64,000 nucleotides of DNA from assembly GCA_965208105.1 (NCBI GenBank), contig OZ242318.1:3392001-3456000 (forward strand). Reading direction: 5' to 3'. The position numbers and the translations under genes were made by a program. Below the pieces are notes generated by a model. It was given only the letters and a program-made list of their open reading frames with translations. It was not told where the DNA came from and did no database searches. The DNA comes from Candidatus Latescibacterota bacterium. GTDB taxonomy: Bacteria; Latescibacterota; UBA2968; UBA8231. The first letter of the stretch is position 1; every line of letters starts with the position of its first letter. Below, one piece after another: positions 1 to 10,580 of this stretch.

Positions 1-1285
1 TGGCGATTCCGGAAAGGGCGACGATATTTGCGTCCACCGCGAAGATTCTCATGGCGATGAAGCACATCAGCACCGCGAGGGGCAGGAGCCCCGAGATGAG
101 CGCGGCGCTGCGGAAATGGGCGACCATCACCAGAATGACCGCGATGGTGACCAGAATCTCCTCCTCCAGGGCCTTGTCGAGGGTGCCCAGGGTCTCTTCG
201 ATCAGCCCGGTGCGGTCATAGAACGGAACCACCGTCACCTGGCTGGTCCGCCCGTCGGAGAGGGTCTTGCGCGGCAGGCCCGGGGCTATCTCGGCGATCT
301 TGTCCTTCACGTTCCCGATTACCTCGAGCGGATTGGCGCCGTATCGCGCCACCACGACTCCACCCACGGCCTCGGCCCCTTCCTTGTCGAGAGCGCCGCG
401 CCGCAGGGCAGGACCCCTGGCCACGGTGGCGACGTTTTTCACGTAGACCGGCACATGGTCGCGGGCGGCGACCACCGCATTTTCGATATCCTTCTGGCTC
501 TTGACGAATCCGACGCCGCGGATGACGTACTCCACCCGGTTTATCTCGATGGTGCGGGCGCCCACGTCGCGGTTGGCCATGCGCACCGCATCGAAGACCT
601 GCTCGATGGACACGCCGAAGGCGCGCATGGCGTCCGGGTCCACGTCGATCTGGTACTCCTGCACGAAGCCGCCCACCGAGGCCACCTCGCTCACTCCCTG
701 GGCCCCCATCAGGGCGTAGCGCACCTGCCAGTCCTGGATGGAACGCAGCTCGTGCAGGTCCCAGCCCCCGGTGGGACGCCCGCTCCGGTCGCGGCCTTCG
801 AGAGTGTACCAGAAGATTTGCCCGAGGGCGGTGGCGTCGGGCCCCAGGGCCGGCTGCACCTCGGCGGGCAGGGTCCCGGGGGGCAGGCTGTTGAGCTTTT
901 CCAGCACCCGGGAGCGGGACCAGTAGAAGTCGACCTCCTCGTCGAAAATGATGTAGAGGTTCGAGAGGCCGAACATGGAGTAGCTGCGCACGGTCCTGAC
1001 CCCCGGGACGCCCAGCAGGGCAACCGTCAGGGGGTAGGTTATCTGGTCCTCCACGTCCTGGGGGGAGCGCCCCGTCCACGCGGTTGAGACGATCTGCTGG
1101 TTCTCGCCGATATCGGGGATGGCATCCACCGGAACCGGGTCGCGCGGGAACCCGGCGATGCGCCAATCGAAGGGCGCGACCATCGTCCCCCACAGGCCGA
1201 TGGCGGCGAGTATCAGAATCACGACCAGCTTGTTCTCGATGAAGAAACGCAGTGGCCGTTCCAGGAGAGAGGTCGAGTCGGTCAT
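1..1285 (-). CDS. cusA: CusA/CzcA family heavy-metal RND permease (5' part; runs off window)
   Basis: Hand-translated from ATG at 1285, which overlaps the upstream stop (ATGA): [20 protein letters not shown]...[35 protein letters not shown]...[17 protein letters not shown], typical CusA motifs. Missing from the ORF track because it is open at the edge. Confidence 0.93.
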   Translation of the reverse strand, partial: MTDSTSLLERPLRFFIENKLVVILILAAIGLWGTMVAPFDWRIAGFPRDPVPVDAIPDIGENQQIVSTAWTGRSPQDVEDQITYPLTVALLGVPGVRTVRSYSMFGLSNLYIIFDEEVDFYWSRSRVLEKLNSLPPGTLPAEVQPALGPDATALGQIFWYTLEGRDRSGRPTGGWDLHELRSIQDWQVRYALMGAQGVSEVASVGGFVQEYQIDVDPDAMRAFGVSIEQVFDAVRMANRDVGARTIEINRVEYVIRGVGFVKSQKDIENAVVAARDHVPVYVKNVATVARGPALRRGALDKEGAEAVGGVVVARYGANPLEVIGNVKDKIAEIAPGLPRKTLSDGRTSQVTVVPFYDRTGLIEETLGTLDKALEEEILVTIAVILVMVAHFRSAALISGLLPLAVLMCFIAMRIFAVDANIVALSGIA

Positions 1286-2796
1286 GGCCGGTGCCCCTCC
1301 TGGTCATGGCCGGCAGAGGGGGCTCCCTCCTCAGGCTCCCGGTGTTCTCCGTGGTGGTGGTGGACCGGGGGAGGGCCGCCGCCCTCGGGGTTCATCATGC
1401 TGGGGCGCGCTAGAATCTGCAGGGCGCTGTCGATCTTGAAGTTGCCCTCGACCACGACCTCCTCGCCGGCGGCCAGCCCCTCGTGGATCACGTAGAAATC
1501 GCCCGCCCGAGGTCCCAGGACCACTTCGCGGCCCTCGTAGAGGCCCGACTTCCCGGCGACGGCTACGTACACCACCGCCCGCTCGCCGGTCTGCAGCACG
1601 GCCGAAGCGGGAACCACCAGCGGATCCTGGACCGCTGCCGGCTCCCCGGCCAGACCCAGGGCCTCGGCCGGCTCCAGGTCCATGCCGCACACGGGACAGG
1701 AGCCCGGCTCGTCCCGCACGATCTCCGGGTGCATCGGGCTGATCCACTTGCCGGCCAGTGAGGGAGCGGCGGCGCGGCCGTGGGCCGATACCTGGGCGTA
1801 GGCCACGGCGCGGGCGAACAACCCCGGTTTGAGCCGTGCCCGGGTGTTGTCCACGTCCACCCGCACGGTGACCGTGCGGGTGGGCTCGTCTAGGAACGGA
1901 GAGACGAAGGAGACCCGGCCGCTGAAAACCTCCCCGGGATGGGCGGGCGTGGTAAACCGCACTTCCTGGCCGTAGTGGATCCAGGGCAGGTCAGACTCGT
2001 AGGCGGCCAGCTCGAGCCAGACCCTGTCCAGGTCGGCAAGGGTATAGATGCGGGTCCCGGTCTGCACGTAGGCGCCCTCGTTGACGTGCTTGTCCACCAC
2101 CGTGCCGCCGACCGGTGAGTATATGGTCAGGTGGTCGGAGGGCTGCCGGCTCTGTTCGATGGCGGCGATCTGGCCGGGGGTCAGGCCCCACAGTTGCAGC
2201 CTGTCCCGGGCCGCGGCGGCCGTGGCCAGTCCTGCGGGCCCCAGTGCCTCGGCTCCCGCAAGTGCCTGGATCAACTCCTGCTGGGCGGCCAGCAGCTCGG
2301 GACTGTAGATATAGACCATGTGGTCGCCCGGCTCCACGGCCACCCCGGTGTAGTCGACGTAGAGCCGGTCGATGCGTCCGGGCACCCAGGCGGTGACGTA
2401 CTTGAGCCTGGTTTCGTCATAGGAGATCTTGCCCACCATGCGGGTCTCCACCTGCACCGGCCGGCGTTCCACCGGCGCCAGCCGCAAAGCGGCCAGGCGC
2501 CGCGCCGTCTCCGACAGCTCCAGCTGCCGCGGTCCGAGGTCGTCCCGGGCGCCGGGCATTGCCACCGGGATGAGGTCCATGGCGCAAATCGGGCATTGCC
2601 CCCGGTTGGGCAGGCGGATCTGCGGGTGCATGGAGCAGGTCCAGACCTGGGCGGTTTGCGCCGGGATTTCTTCGTCCGGAGGTGTCCCGCGGCTGCTCAG
2701 ACCCGAGCCCGCGATCAGCCCCGCGACCCCTGCACCCACCACGAGCGATATCCAGCTCATCGTCTTTCTATTCAAGCGGAATTTCATCGGAAGCAT
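1282..2796 (-). CDS. cusB: CusB-type RND periplasmic adaptor with two heavy-metal-binding motifs
   Basis: [17 protein letters not shown] and [17 protein letters not shown] motifs, [15 protein letters not shown] near the C-terminus; lies between TolC and CusA. Confidence 0.92.
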   Translation of the reverse strand: MLPMKFRLNRKTMSWISLVVGAGVAGLIAGSGLSSRGTPPDEEIPAQTAQVWTCSMHPQIRLPNRGQCPICAMDLIPVAMPGARDDLGPRQLELSETARRLAALRLAPVERRPVQVETRMVGKISYDETRLKYVTAWVPGRIDRLYVDYTGVAVEPGDHMVYIYSPELLAAQQELIQALAGAEALGPAGLATAAAARDRLQLWGLTPGQIAAIEQSRQPSDHLTIYSPVGGTVVDKHVNEGAYVQTGTRIYTLADLDRVWLELAAYESDLPWIHYGQEVRFTTPAHPGEVFSGRVSFVSPFLDEPTRTVTVRVDVDNTRARLKPGLFARAVAYAQVSAHGRAAAPSLAGKWISPMHPEIVRDEPGSCPVCGMDLEPAEALGLAGEPAAVQDPLVVPASAVLQTGERAVVYVAVAGKSGLYEGREVVLGPRAGDFYVIHEGLAAGEEVVVEGNFKIDSALQILARPSMMNPEGGGPPPVHHHHGEHREPEEGAPSAGHDQEGHRP

Positions 2797-2799
2797 CCT

Positions 2800-4122
2800 T
2801 CATTTCGGATTGGGCGGGGCGAGCCGTCCGCCGGTGAGGAGGTCGATCTCGGCCCGGCGGCGGGCGTGGTCGGCCAGGGCCCGTTCTTGCGCCAGTTGGA
2901 ATTGAAGCCGCAGCCGTTGGGCGTCGATCAGGTCGAGGAAGGAGCCCGTGCCGGCGGCAAATGCCTGTCGAGTCACGTCGAGAGCCTGCTCGGCCCGGGG
3001 CAGCAAGCTGTCCCGGTAGAGGTCGATCTTGCGCCGGCTGTCGTGCCAATGGTAGAGGGCAAGCTGCAGACGAGCGCCCAACTGGTTTTCAATTTCCCTG
3101 CGCTCCAGCTCGGCGGCGTTCTGCCGCGCCCGCGCCTGCCGCACTCCGGCCCTGTACTGGCTCCGGTCCAGGGGCAGGTTCAGCGAGAGCATGGCAACCA
3201 GGGGGTCCCTGCCCTCGGCCGCGACGGGGTCGGCGGCCTCCCGCCCGCTGGTGGCGATATAGTCGAAGCTCAATGTCCAGGAGGGATATCCTTCCTTTTG
3301 GGCCCTTTCCACCGCGGCCCGGGAGCGCTCGATTTCAAAGTCGTGGGCGCGCAGGTCCGGATGGCCCTCCAGGACGAACTGGTCGGGCAGGGGCGGCACC
3401 GGAGGGAGTTCGACGACGAAGGAAACGGCGGCCCCCGCGGGCCGGTCGAGCGCCGCGTTCAAGCGTGTCCGTACCGGGGTCCTGCGGTCCCGGAGGCTTT
3501 GCAGTTCGTCCGCCAGCTTGCCGAGTTCCATCTGGATCTTGAGCACGTCGGCCTGCGATCCCCGGCCCGTGCGGTAGTTGGCCCGGGCAACCTTCTCCAG
3601 GGAGTTGAGCCATTGCAGGTTGCTTGTCTGGATTGCGATGGCGCGCTCCAGGTAGTAGAGCTCGTAGTAGGCGCTTTCGACCTGGAATACGAGATCGAGG
3701 CGGGCGGCTTCGTAGCGCTGCCGGGCGGCCTGGGCAGCCGCGGTTCTCATCTTCCCCTGCAGAGCCAGGCGGCCGAACCAGGGGAAGGTCTGGGCAAGGC
3801 CCAGTCGCCACTCCTGGGGTCCCACCCTGGTCTCCACGGGGCGGACAAAATAGCCGGCTGCCAATCGAGGGTCGGGCCGGGCCCTGGCCGGGGCGATGCC
3901 TTCGAGGTGGGCCTGCCATTTCTCGAAGGCCGCCCGGATGCCCGGATTGTTTGCCAGGGCGTAGGCGACGTATTCTTCCAGCCCCGGATCGCCCTCGAGA
4001 ACGAGGTCTTGCCCGGCCTCGGCCTGCCGGTCTCCCCGGGCAAGGAGCTGGAGAGGCGAACCCGTTGCGGCTGCCGTTAGAAAGAGCCAGACCGGCAACC
4101 ACGCGATACGAACGTACTGCAT
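2800..4122 (-). CDS. TolC/CusC family outer-membrane efflux protein
   Basis: Signal peptide, LAQTFPWFG and SLNLPL motifs; first gene of the RND operon; SD GGAGGAGG. Confidence 0.9.
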   Translation of the reverse strand: MQYVRIAWLPVWLFLTAAATGSPLQLLARGDRQAEAGQDLVLEGDPGLEEYVAYALANNPGIRAAFEKWQAHLEGIAPARARPDPRLAAGYFVRPVETRVGPQEWRLGLAQTFPWFGRLALQGKMRTAAAQAARQRYEAARLDLVFQVESAYYELYYLERAIAIQTSNLQWLNSLEKVARANYRTGRGSQADVLKIQMELGKLADELQSLRDRRTPVRTRLNAALDRPAGAAVSFVVELPPVPPLPDQFVLEGHPDLRAHDFEIERSRAAVERAQKEGYPSWTLSFDYIATSGREAADPVAAEGRDPLVAMLSLNLPLDRSQYRAGVRQARARQNAAELERREIENQLGARLQLALYHWHDSRRKIDLYRDSLLPRAEQALDVTRQAFAAGTGSFLDLIDAQRLRLQFQLAQERALADHARRRAEIDLLTGGRLAPPNPK

Positions 4123-4218
4123 TGAAGGCCTCCTCCCTGTAAGGATGGAAAGGTGTAGTACCAGGCAGGGGCATTGGCCCCGGAGGGCAGCCCCTGGAGT
4201 GAACAGGGAAAGAGGGGT

Positions 4219-4605
4219 TTAAATCAGGTAGGAATGGTGCAGCAGGTAGAGCGGCGGGGAACCGGCGCGGTCCGCACCGCCGGGCGGGATGGGAGCAGGC
4301 CGGTGAGGAGCGGATGCATGGGCTGGACGGAAGCCGGAGTCCCTGGCTCCCTGCTGCTTGACCGGTTGGTCGGAAGCGGCAAAGCCGAGGAGGGGCGCCT
4401 GGCCGGGAGCGGAGATGCACTCACTGGCCGCGCAGCAACATCCCTGCTGCTGCAGGGCGGAAGGCGCAGGTGGGGGGTCGGCCTGGTGGCAGGCCGGCTG
4501 CTCCGCAACCTCTAGCCGGCAGGGCGCACACGCCCATCCGAAGGCGCCCTGAGCCGCCAGATTGATCAGCAGGAAACAAAGTAGAAAGACGCGCAGTGCG
4601 CCCAT
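4219..4605 (-). CDS. Small exported Cys/His-rich protein, candidate metal-sensing leader peptide (CutF/CruR/DUF2946-like)
   Basis: ATG at 4605: hydrophobic signal MGALRVFLLCFLLINLAAQG, then CAPC, GCCCAASEC and a Pro-rich tail RAGSPPLYLLHHSYLI; directly upstream of TolC. Confidence 0.65.
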   Translation of the reverse strand: MGALRVFLLCFLLINLAAQGAFGWACAPCRLEVAEQPACHQADPPPAPSALQQQGCCCAASECISAPGQAPLLGFAASDQPVKQQGARDSGFRPAHASAPHRPAPIPPGGADRAGSPPLYLLHHSYLI

Positions 4606-4897
4606 GGCTGTAGCTTTCCTCCAGCGGCCGTCAACACTCGGTAGACTGCAGGTGAATATCACGGGTTCCCGGCAAAGTGTCAACCTGGCGGGGGAGGGCG
4701 GGTCCTTGCGCCGTGATTCATGGCGAGGTGAACGCATCGGGAAAAAACAGCAGGTTTGCCCGGGCCCAGGATTGACGGGCATGCCGGCGAGGTCCCAGCC
4801 CGACCGCCGAGAAACCCCCGCCCCTCTTGACGGAACTCCCATTCCGGGCAGGTCCGGGGCAGATTTCCACCGGCGCTGAAAAAGGCGGGGTCTCTAC

Positions 4898-4926
4898 TTG
4901 ACCGGCCACCGAAAGGGGCTTAATAA
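4898..4926 (+). promoter_or_regulatory. sigma70-type promoter for prs
   Basis: TTGACC-N17-TAATAA in an AT-richer patch. Confidence 0.55.
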
Positions 4927-5061
4927 TTTCTATTGCTCCACTCGGTTGCCGGGTCTCCTTCCAGGGGGTCTGACCCCCCGGGGAATGGGTCCATGGGAGG
5001 TCGGCAAGCGGACAGGCACAGGTGGTCAATGGCGCCCAGATTCGAGACGAAAGGACGGTCA

Positions 5062-6051
5062 ATGCGCGACATTGTGGTCTTCAGCGGCAACGCGCACCGG
5101 CAACTGGCGGAGGATATCTGCGGGCACCTGGGAGTCCCTCTCAGCCGCAGCACGATCAACCGTTTCAGCAACGACTGCATTCAGGTGCAGCTGGACGCCA
5201 ACTGCCGGGAGGCCGACGTCTTCCTGATTCAGCCCCTGGTTCCACCGGTTCACGACCACCTGATGGAGCTCCTGCAGATGCTGGACGCCGCCCGCGGCGC
5301 ATCGGCCGCCCGCACCACCGCGGTAATTCCCTACTACGGATACGCCCGCTCGGATAAGAAAGACGCGCCGAGGATTTCCATTGCGGCGCGGCTGGTGGCG
5401 GACCTGATCGACGCCGCCGGCGCCAACCGGGTGCTTACCATGACCCTGCACGCGCCACAGGTGCACGGGTTCTTCAACATTCCCGTCGACCACCTCAATG
5501 CCCTGCACGTGCTGGCAAGCCATTTTCAGGGCAAGGACCTTCAGGGGACAGTGGTCGTTTCACCCGATCTCGGGCGCGCCAAGGAGGCGGCGCATTTCGC
5601 CAGGCTGCTCAACGTTCCGGTAGCGGCCGGCAGCAAACGCCGCATCAGCGACAAGAAGGTCGTGATCGACGCAATAGTAGGTGATGTGGAGGGGAGGAGC
5701 GTGATCGTCCTCGACGACGAGATCGCTACGGGGGGGACACAGGTGGAGCTGATCGACCGTCTGCGCGAGCGCGGCGTCAGCCGCATAACCGTGTCCTGCA
5801 CCCACGGCCTGTTTACGGGGAATGCCATAGAGCGCTTCGGCTCCATCTCCGAAGTACGGGAGCTGCTGGCGACCGATACCGTTCCCCTGTCCCCGGATGC
5901 CCGCTGCCATCCCAAGCTCACCACCCTGTCGGTCTCGCCGCTCCTGGGCGAGGCGATTCGCAGGATTCACCACGGAGAATCGGTCAGCAGCCTCTTCACG
6001 GCGCCGGACTGGGTCGCCGGACGCGGGGTGGAGTCGGCGGAGCCGGGCTGA
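5062..6051 (+). CDS. prs: Ribose-phosphate pyrophosphokinase
   Basis: PYYGYARSDKK, VVSPDLG and DDEIATGGT (PRPP-binding) motifs; start set at MRDIVVFSG after AAAGGA. Confidence 0.95.
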   Translation: MRDIVVFSGNAHRQLAEDICGHLGVPLSRSTINRFSNDCIQVQLDANCREADVFLIQPLVPPVHDHLMELLQMLDAARGASAARTTAVIPYYGYARSDKKDAPRISIAARLVADLIDAAGANRVLTMTLHAPQVHGFFNIPVDHLNALHVLASHFQGKDLQGTVVVSPDLGRAKEAAHFARLLNVPVAAGSKRRISDKKVVIDAIVGDVEGRSVIVLDDEIATGGTQVELIDRLRERGVSRITVSCTHGLFTGNAIERFGSISEVRELLATDTVPLSPDARCHPKLTTLSVSPLLGEAIRRIHHGESVSSLFTAPDWVAGRGVESAEPG

Positions 6052-6067
6052 TCCCGGCCGGGCCGCG

Positions 6068-7159
6068 TCAGGCGGTGCCGCCGGGCTGGAATTGTCGGCT
6101 GCCGTTGTAGATCCCCTCCATGATTGCCTGGTCCGTCCACATCTCCCCGGTGGTGATCAATGGCTCGGCGCGGCCGATGACGCAGTCGACGAAGTGGAAT
6201 ATTTCGCGCTGCATGCGCACCCTGGTGTCGCGGAACGAGGCCGCGAGCCCCGGTGCCACCGCCTCGGTCTTGTCGACGAAATCGCCGTTCTCCCAGGTCA
6301 GCAGCCGCAACGGCGAGAGGCCGGCATAACCTCTGCTTCCCCAGACCTCCACGTTCATCTTGTTGATCTGGCCGGGGCTCATCCACATGCTCTCGCTCGC
6401 CAGGGAGACCCCCCCGGCAAAGCTGGCAAATCCCACTGCCATGATTTCGATGTCGCAGTCGCCGCGGATGTTCTCCAGGTTGGAGGGCAGGGATGGAAGC
6501 TCCGCAAAATGCGAGCTGGCGTGCCCAGTGGCGGAGAGAAGGGGAGGGTTGCCCAGAAACCAGACGGCCAGGTCGAGGGTGTGGATTCCGGTGCTGGCCA
6601 GGGAACCACCGCCGGCCATGGAGCGGACATAGTGGGGAGCATAGCTCGGGATGCCCGGTGAATGAGCTCTGGCACAGGCGAACAGGGGTTTGCCGATGCC
6701 GCCATCGCGGATGAATCGGTGCACCACCCCGGCGTCGTCGCGAAAGCGGTAGTTGTACCCCACCATGAGTAGCCGGTCCGCCTTCTCGGAGGCCTCGATC
6801 ATCGCTTCCGCCTCGGCCAGGGAGGGTGCCATGGGCTTGGCGGCCAGCACGTGGAGGCCGGCCTGGAGGGCGGCGATGGTGCTTTCGGGCCGCGCCTGGG
6901 CTAGGGTTCCCGCTATGGCCATGTCGAGGGATTCCGCGGCGATCATTTTCCTGTAGTCGCTGTAGATGGCGGGGCGCGGCTTCCTGTCGTGCGCGTCGTA
7001 GAATTCCGCGGCAAGTGCTTCGGCGCGCGTCGGGTCCACGTCGCACAGGGCGACCATTTCGGCGTCGGGGCAGGCGATGATGTTCGGCACCCAGGCATGG
7101 CGGGCCCAATGGCCGCAACCGATCTGTCCGACGCGCACAGGACCCTCTGCATGTTTCAT
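6068..7159 (-). CDS. Gfo/Idh/MocA family oxidoreductase
   Basis: IGCGHWA Rossmann motif, HVLAAKP (EKP variant), GGGSLASTGIHTLD. Confidence 0.88.
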   Translation of the reverse strand: MKHAEGPVRVGQIGCGHWARHAWVPNIIACPDAEMVALCDVDPTRAEALAAEFYDAHDRKPRPAIYSDYRKMIAAESLDMAIAGTLAQARPESTIAALQAGLHVLAAKPMAPSLAEAEAMIEASEKADRLLMVGYNYRFRDDAGVVHRFIRDGGIGKPLFACARAHSPGIPSYAPHYVRSMAGGGSLASTGIHTLDLAVWFLGNPPLLSATGHASSHFAELPSLPSNLENIRGDCDIEIMAVGFASFAGGVSLASESMWMSPGQINKMNVEVWGSRGYAGLSPLRLLTWENGDFVDKTEAVAPGLAASFRDTRVRMQREIFHFVDCVIGRAEPLITTGEMWTDQAIMEGIYNGSRQFQPGGTA

Positions 7160-7204
7160 GTTTTCCTCCGGTGGTTTGATTGAAGTCCACGCTCGCTGGC
7201 CGCT

Positions 7205-7780
7205 TCAGGGAGAGGACCGGTGCTCTTCCTCCCATTCCGCCTTCAGGACGGCGAGGACGAGGCTGTCGCTCCAGCCGTCCCTGCCCGGCTCGTATTCCCT
7301 GAGGATTCCCTCCTCCTGAAACCCTGCCTTCTTCGCCACTTTGACGGCGGCGAGGTTGTGGGGATGGCAGGCTGCCTGTATGCGGTGAAGCCGCATGGTG
7401 GCGAGGCCGTACTTCACAACCTCCCGCACCGCTTCGGTGGCCATTCCCCCGCCCTGGAATTCTCTCGAGAGCCAGTAGCCGATTTCGGCCCTGGATTTCC
7501 CCGCGAAGTCGAACAGAGAGCAGGAGCCGATTACCCTGTCTTCCTCCTTGGTGGCGAGGGCCCACCAGAGGATGCGCTTCTCCATGTATTGCGCGCGTAT
7601 GATCTCGATGTGCCTGCCGGCCTCCCCCAGGTTGCGGTGCTGTAGATTCCAGTGAGGCGAGGAGCGCAGGGTGGCGAAGTGATGGTAGAGATCGGCGCAG
7701 TCTCTCTGCTCTATGGCGCGCAGAACCAGGCGGCTGGTTTCGAGCCTGGGAAAACGGGAGAAGGCCCTGTCGAAGCTCAC
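7205..7780 (-). CDS. GNAT (RimJ/RimL-type) N-acetyltransferase
   Basis: LETSRLVLR, AEIGYWL, QGGGMATEA, GFQEEGILR. Confidence 0.9.
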   Translation of the reverse strand: MSFDRAFSRFPRLETSRLVLRAIEQRDCADLYHHFATLRSSPHWNLQHRNLGEAGRHIEIIRAQYMEKRILWWALATKEEDRVIGSCSLFDFAGKSRAEIGYWLSREFQGGGMATEAVREVVKYGLATMRLHRIQAACHPHNLAAVKVAKKAGFQEEGILREYEPGRDGWSDSLVLAVLKAEWEEEHRSSP

Positions 7781-7881
7781 GGGCCGACGGCCCCCTCCCG
7801 GACCTTGGGCGGCGGGGCAGAGCAGTCAGCACCCGCGGCGTGGCCGCGGGCGGGATGAAAGATCATCTGGAGGCCCCCCGA

Positions 7882-9138
7882 TCAGAAGGGCAGGAGGTCT
7901 CCGTTCCGGTCGAAGGCCATCTCTCCGGGAGGGTCGACCACGGTCAGATCAGGACGTTTCTCCACCTCCGCGGAATAGGCCTCGGAGGCCAGGATTTCGG
8001 CAACGTCGAGAGTGTTGTGGATCCGCACCACCCTGGTGTCCTCCGGCTCTACGAGGCCTACGGTCTGCAGGGCGAGTTCGATAACCCTGCGGTCGGTGTC
8101 GCAGTAGAGCGGGATGGCGCCCGAAGGGGGATGGCCGCCGGTGATGACGTTCACGTAGGTGGTTTCCCTGTCCATCTTGTCGACGACGCGCTTGTGGGTG
8201 AACTCCGCCGTGCCCAGGCCCGAGGCATTGCCATGGGTTTCCTCGGTGAGGTCGCGGACGAAGATGCGGGTAACCTTGGGGAGCTCCTTCTCGGCGGCGC
8301 AGTGGTCGAGGAACTTGCGTCCGATGACGTTGGTGTCCATGCCGGAGCCGCTGATGTTCTTGCCGATCTGGTCGACGATGAGAAGGTCGATGCGCTCGAA
8401 GGGCAGGGTCGGCATCCACCTCTTGGCCAGTATGAGGAGTTCCTTTTCGCGCTCGGCAAACTCCTCGGGCGCCACGCCTTTGACAAGGGCGGTCTTGTCG
8501 TAGGGGTTTTCCACGATGCCCAACCCCATGAGCACGCCGCACTTTTCGATCACCGTCCGACCCACGGCGCGGATGATGCGGTCGAAGCTGTAGTTGACTA
8601 TGGCGCGGTGGTAGAGGGAGGCGCCCCGGTGTTTGCCGAGGCCGATGAGCATCATCTTGTGGAGTCCGCTCTCGATCTCTCCGACGAAGCCCGTGTGCGG
8701 CTTGATGCGGCCGACAACCACTACGTGGTCCGCTTCCGATGCATGTTTGTCGAAGAATACGGGTACTCCCTCGTCGATGGCGCCTACCTGGACTGTCTCC
8801 ATGCTGGAGCGGATGGGGGCCCCGGTGTAGTCTTCGGTGACGCCGTAGCCTTCAATGATGGCGCGCTGGCCTTCGGCGCTGCCGCCCCCGTGGCTGCCCA
8901 TGGAGGGGACCAGGAATGGTTCGAGGCCCAGGGCCTTGAACTCTTCTACCAGGGTTTTGATGATCAGGGCGATATTGGCGACGCCCCTGCTGCCCACGGT
9001 AATGGCCGCGGTTTCCCCGGGCCTGACCTTGGAAGAGAGGTTGAGCGCGGCTACTTCCTGGCGGACGGCACCGGCTATGTCATCCAGTTGGGGAGCGTCG
9101 AAATGCTGGCGCACCCGCATCATTCGCGGATAGGACAT
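7882..9138 (-). CDS. Lactate racemase N-terminal-like (DUF2088/DUF362-type) protein
   Basis: TVGSRGVANI, PSMGSHGG, RIKPHT, KMMLIGLGK, GKNISGSGMDTNV. Confidence 0.75.
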   Translation of the reverse strand: MSYPRMMRVRQHFDAPQLDDIAGAVRQEVAALNLSSKVRPGETAAITVGSRGVANIALIIKTLVEEFKALGLEPFLVPSMGSHGGGSAEGQRAIIEGYGVTEDYTGAPIRSSMETVQVGAIDEGVPVFFDKHASEADHVVVVGRIKPHTGFVGEIESGLHKMMLIGLGKHRGASLYHRAIVNYSFDRIIRAVGRTVIEKCGVLMGLGIVENPYDKTALVKGVAPEEFAEREKELLILAKRWMPTLPFERIDLLIVDQIGKNISGSGMDTNVIGRKFLDHCAAEKELPKVTRIFVRDLTEETHGNASGLGTAEFTHKRVVDKMDRETTYVNVITGGHPPSGAIPLYCDTDRRVIELALQTVGLVEPEDTRVVRIHNTLDVAEILASEAYSAEVEKRPDLTVVDPPGEMAFDRNGDLLPF

Positions 9139-9302
9139 GAGGGTCTCCTGGGTAGTGGATGGCGAATAAATGTCAAAAAGTGCTTCATTGCGCTAGTCTG
9201 GCGATATGGCGGCCTCGGGCGAATCCCCTGCAGCGGGTTGCCCCGCCCGCCTTTTGCCACGGAAATATAGGAAAGATTCGAGATTTGTTACAGGAAGCAT
9301 GG

Positions 9303-10466
9303 TCAAATGGCCTTTTTGAAGATCCCTTCCAGGTCTTTCCGGGTGGTCTTGCGCGGGTTGACCTCCACGTTGCCGCTCTTCATGGCGTCGCGGGCCATGG
9401 CGCCGATGGATCCGGCCTTGACTCCCGCGGCGGCCAGCCTGGCAGGGATGCCGAAGTCCTGGTTGAGCTCCAGGATGGCGTCGATGGCCGCGTGCGCCGC
9501 TTCGTAGCTGCGCAGTTCGGCCGTGTCGACTCCGAGGGCGGCGGCGATATCGGCGAACTTTTCGAGGCGCGAGGAAAGGTTGTACTCGACGACGTAGGGC
9601 AGGAGGATGGCGTTGGCGAGGCCGTGGTGCACGCCGAAGTGGCCGCCCACCGGATGCGACATGGCGTGCACGTTGCCCAGGCGGGTCTGGGAGAAGGCCA
9701 GCCCGGCCATGGCGCTGGCGATGAGCATGTTCTGGGTCGCTTCGAGTTCGTGGTCGTTGGCGCATGCCCGGCGCAGGTTGGCGCCGATCAAGCGCATGGC
9801 CCCCAGGGCGGTGGCCTCGGTGATGGGAGTGGACAGGAGGTTGACGTAGGATTCAAGGGCGTGGGTCAGGGCGTCCATTCCGGTGGGCGCGCCCACCTCT
9901 GCGGGCAGGGCCAGGGCCAGCTCCGCGTCGAGAATGCCCACCGAGGGCGCGATCTTCCAGCTTATCACCGGGTCCTTGGTGCGGCTTCTGGCGTTGCTGA
10001 GGACGGCGAAGGGAGTGACTTCGCTGCCGGTGCCGTAGGTGGTGGGGGCACAGACGAGAAAAGGAAGGTCGCGCTCGATCTTGTCGTTGCCGTATTGGGC
10101 GCCGAGGTAGTCCTCGATGCGGCCGCCGTTGGTGGCCACAATGCCGATCATCTTGGCCACGTCCATGGAACTCCCGCCGCCGAGTCCGAGAAGGGCGGTG
10201 CACTTTTCCCTGGTGTAGAGACGATGGCCGGCGTTGACGCAGCGGGCCGGAGGATTGCCGAGGACTCCGGCGTAGACCGCGTGGTCGATTCCTGCCTTCT
10301 GCAGGATGGAGGCGACGTGGTCGACGATGCCCGCGCTGCTCAGGCCCTTGTCGGTGACCACCAGGACCTTGTGGCCGGACAGAAACCTGGGTAGACGGGA
10401 AGCGGAGCCGGGGCCGTATACCAGGTGCGTGGGGATGCGTTGGTGGAAGGTGGTTCGGGAGGCCAT
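9303..10466 (-). CDS. Iron-containing alcohol dehydrogenase
   Basis: GGGSSMD, PTTYGTGSE, DALTHALE, HAMSH and HHGLAN iron ligands. Confidence 0.93.
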   Translation of the reverse strand: MASRTTFHQRIPTHLVYGPGSASRLPRFLSGHKVLVVTDKGLSSAGIVDHVASILQKAGIDHAVYAGVLGNPPARCVNAGHRLYTREKCTALLGLGGGSSMDVAKMIGIVATNGGRIEDYLGAQYGNDKIERDLPFLVCAPTTYGTGSEVTPFAVLSNARSRTKDPVISWKIAPSVGILDAELALALPAEVGAPTGMDALTHALESYVNLLSTPITEATALGAMRLIGANLRRACANDHELEATQNMLIASAMAGLAFSQTRLGNVHAMSHPVGGHFGVHHGLANAILLPYVVEYNLSSRLEKFADIAAALGVDTAELRSYEAAHAAIDAILELNQDFGIPARLAAAGVKAGSIGAMARDAMKSGNVEVNPRKTTRKDLEGIFKKAI

Positions 10467-10580
10467 TGCCTGACGTCAGTTGAGTTGGTGTGAAGGGAGA
10501 AAGATATATCCATGCGGGTCGGAGGGTCAAGTTGAAATGGCCCCCAATGGATCATGGGGAGAAACGGGCCGGGGGAATGC

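Noticed and set aside
1280-1313. 12-nt direct repeat ggtcatggccgg at the cusB/cusA junction
   Set aside because: Short and inside coding sequence; likely a local duplication or chance.
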